Origin: Selaginella moellendorffii
Lineage: Eukaryota; Plantae; Lycopodiophyta
Assembly: GCF_000143415.4 (NCBI RefSeq)
Contig: NW_003314278.1
Coordinates: 1,028,272 to 1,092,271, forward strand
DNA length: 64,000 nucleotides
Reading direction: 5' to 3'
Shown here: positions 63,022-64,000 of the stretch, piece after piece
How the letters are laid out: each line of letters begins with the position of its first letter
Position numbering within the stretch: the first letter of the stretch is position 1
Program-made: the position numbers and the translations under genes
The notes under the pieces: model-generated
The model's input: the letters and a program-made list of their open reading frames with translations, nothing else
Told to the model about the DNA's origin: nothing
Database searches by the model: none

Positions 63022-64000
63022 GTTCTATAGCCGTATTGCTATATGATTTGAGCCGTTTGTTCTATTCTCATTCTCTTGTTTTCCATGACCGTATTGTCAT
63101 GTGAGAAAGCCGTATTGCTTTCTTTCTTTCGTGGCCGTTTGTCGCGATGTTGGTGTTGCCATTTGCACATCTTTTCTCCATGGCCGTATTGCCTTGAACT
63201 CCCTTCATGTGAGGCTCGTTTAGCTTCTCGAGGCTGCCGTATGTGGCTGGGTCATGAGGGAGGGGAGAATGACACGAACCACGGGAATATTCCAAGAATA
63301 TTCCATGGCCTGTGGGATTTAAGGCCGTAACGCCTTAAGGGTTGGGAGGTTGGCCTAGGGTTCGCTCTCTTGTTCGTTTCATGCTGGGTATTGATCCATG
63401 CCTCTCTCCTGCTAAGTGAGTTCTCTAGCTACATCATCTTAAGGCAAAGATGAAATTGCAAAGTTTCACGCATCTCTTGAGCATTTCAGCGATGGAAACT
63501 GCTATATGAGAATCACATGAATCAGACTGAGCAGCACTAGGGCATCAATCTCAATGCGAGCAGCTTTCTAGTGGAGATCTTTAAGAGAATGAAAATAACA
63601 ATATCAGATTCTTATTTGCCTATAAGGTTTAGAAAATAAATATAAAGAGATATTTTAAAGAATAATGTGTAAGTGCATAGAATATGGAAATGGAATATAG
63701 AAATGTGCATATCAATTAATCCAAAATCCTTAATTTATATACAAGAGCAAATGGTCTAAATTGAAACCAATTTAGCAACTATCAAAATCCCATTATGTTA
63801 ATTATTAATATATAACATTATAGTTGTACACTTAGAGCTCACATCAACCCCTCTTTTCAGAATGATGGAAGATAATTAAAAATTTTTAGTTGATAGATTA
63901 GGATCTAAAAAAACATTAAAAAGAGGCATTGGTGGATCTATAAATGGTGCCAATTATTATTAATCCTTTTGTATAATGCATTTTAGCCTTTGTGCATACA

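Larger units (their letters stand above)
58343..63381 (+). mobile_element. young Ty3/gypsy chromovirus with identical 112-bp LTRs
   Basis: LTRs 58343-58454 and 63270-63381 (TG...CA) are identical. PBS tggtatcggagc (58456-58467), PPT gagggaggggagaa (63256-63269), gag CCHC, protease LFDPGATH, RT YFDD, RH, integrase with chromodomain-like tail. Confidence 0.95.

Overview
Repeat-rich eukaryotic (plant) DNA. The ~50-nt introns, PLS-type PPR genes and a Tat-like retroelement with an extra RNase H upstream of RT suggest the lycophyte Selaginella (inference). The window is mostly nested, decayed Ty3/gypsy LTR retrotransposons, PIF/Harbinger relics, and a chain of host-gene fragments and pseudogenes (PPR, SEC16, GH29 fucosidase, RRP5). 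The standout is a ~12.8-kb TIR DNA transposon (16006-28790) inserted into the RT of a chromovirus. On the + strand it encodes a Sola-like DDD transposase. Divergently, on the - strand, it encodes one long multi-exon protein with a ParB/Srx-like domain, a degenerate beta-class amino-DNA-methyltransferase-like domain, an acidic linker and an FCP1/NIF-like HAD phosphatase domain. About 25 copies of a 22-bp palindrome (ATGGCRTG-WGGCCW-CAYGCCAT) are scattered through the element, and I saw none outside it. Together these suggest a transposon-borne ParB/parS-like self-recognition system. Domain calls are by-eye motif recognition, not database results, and this copy carries stop and frameshift lesions.
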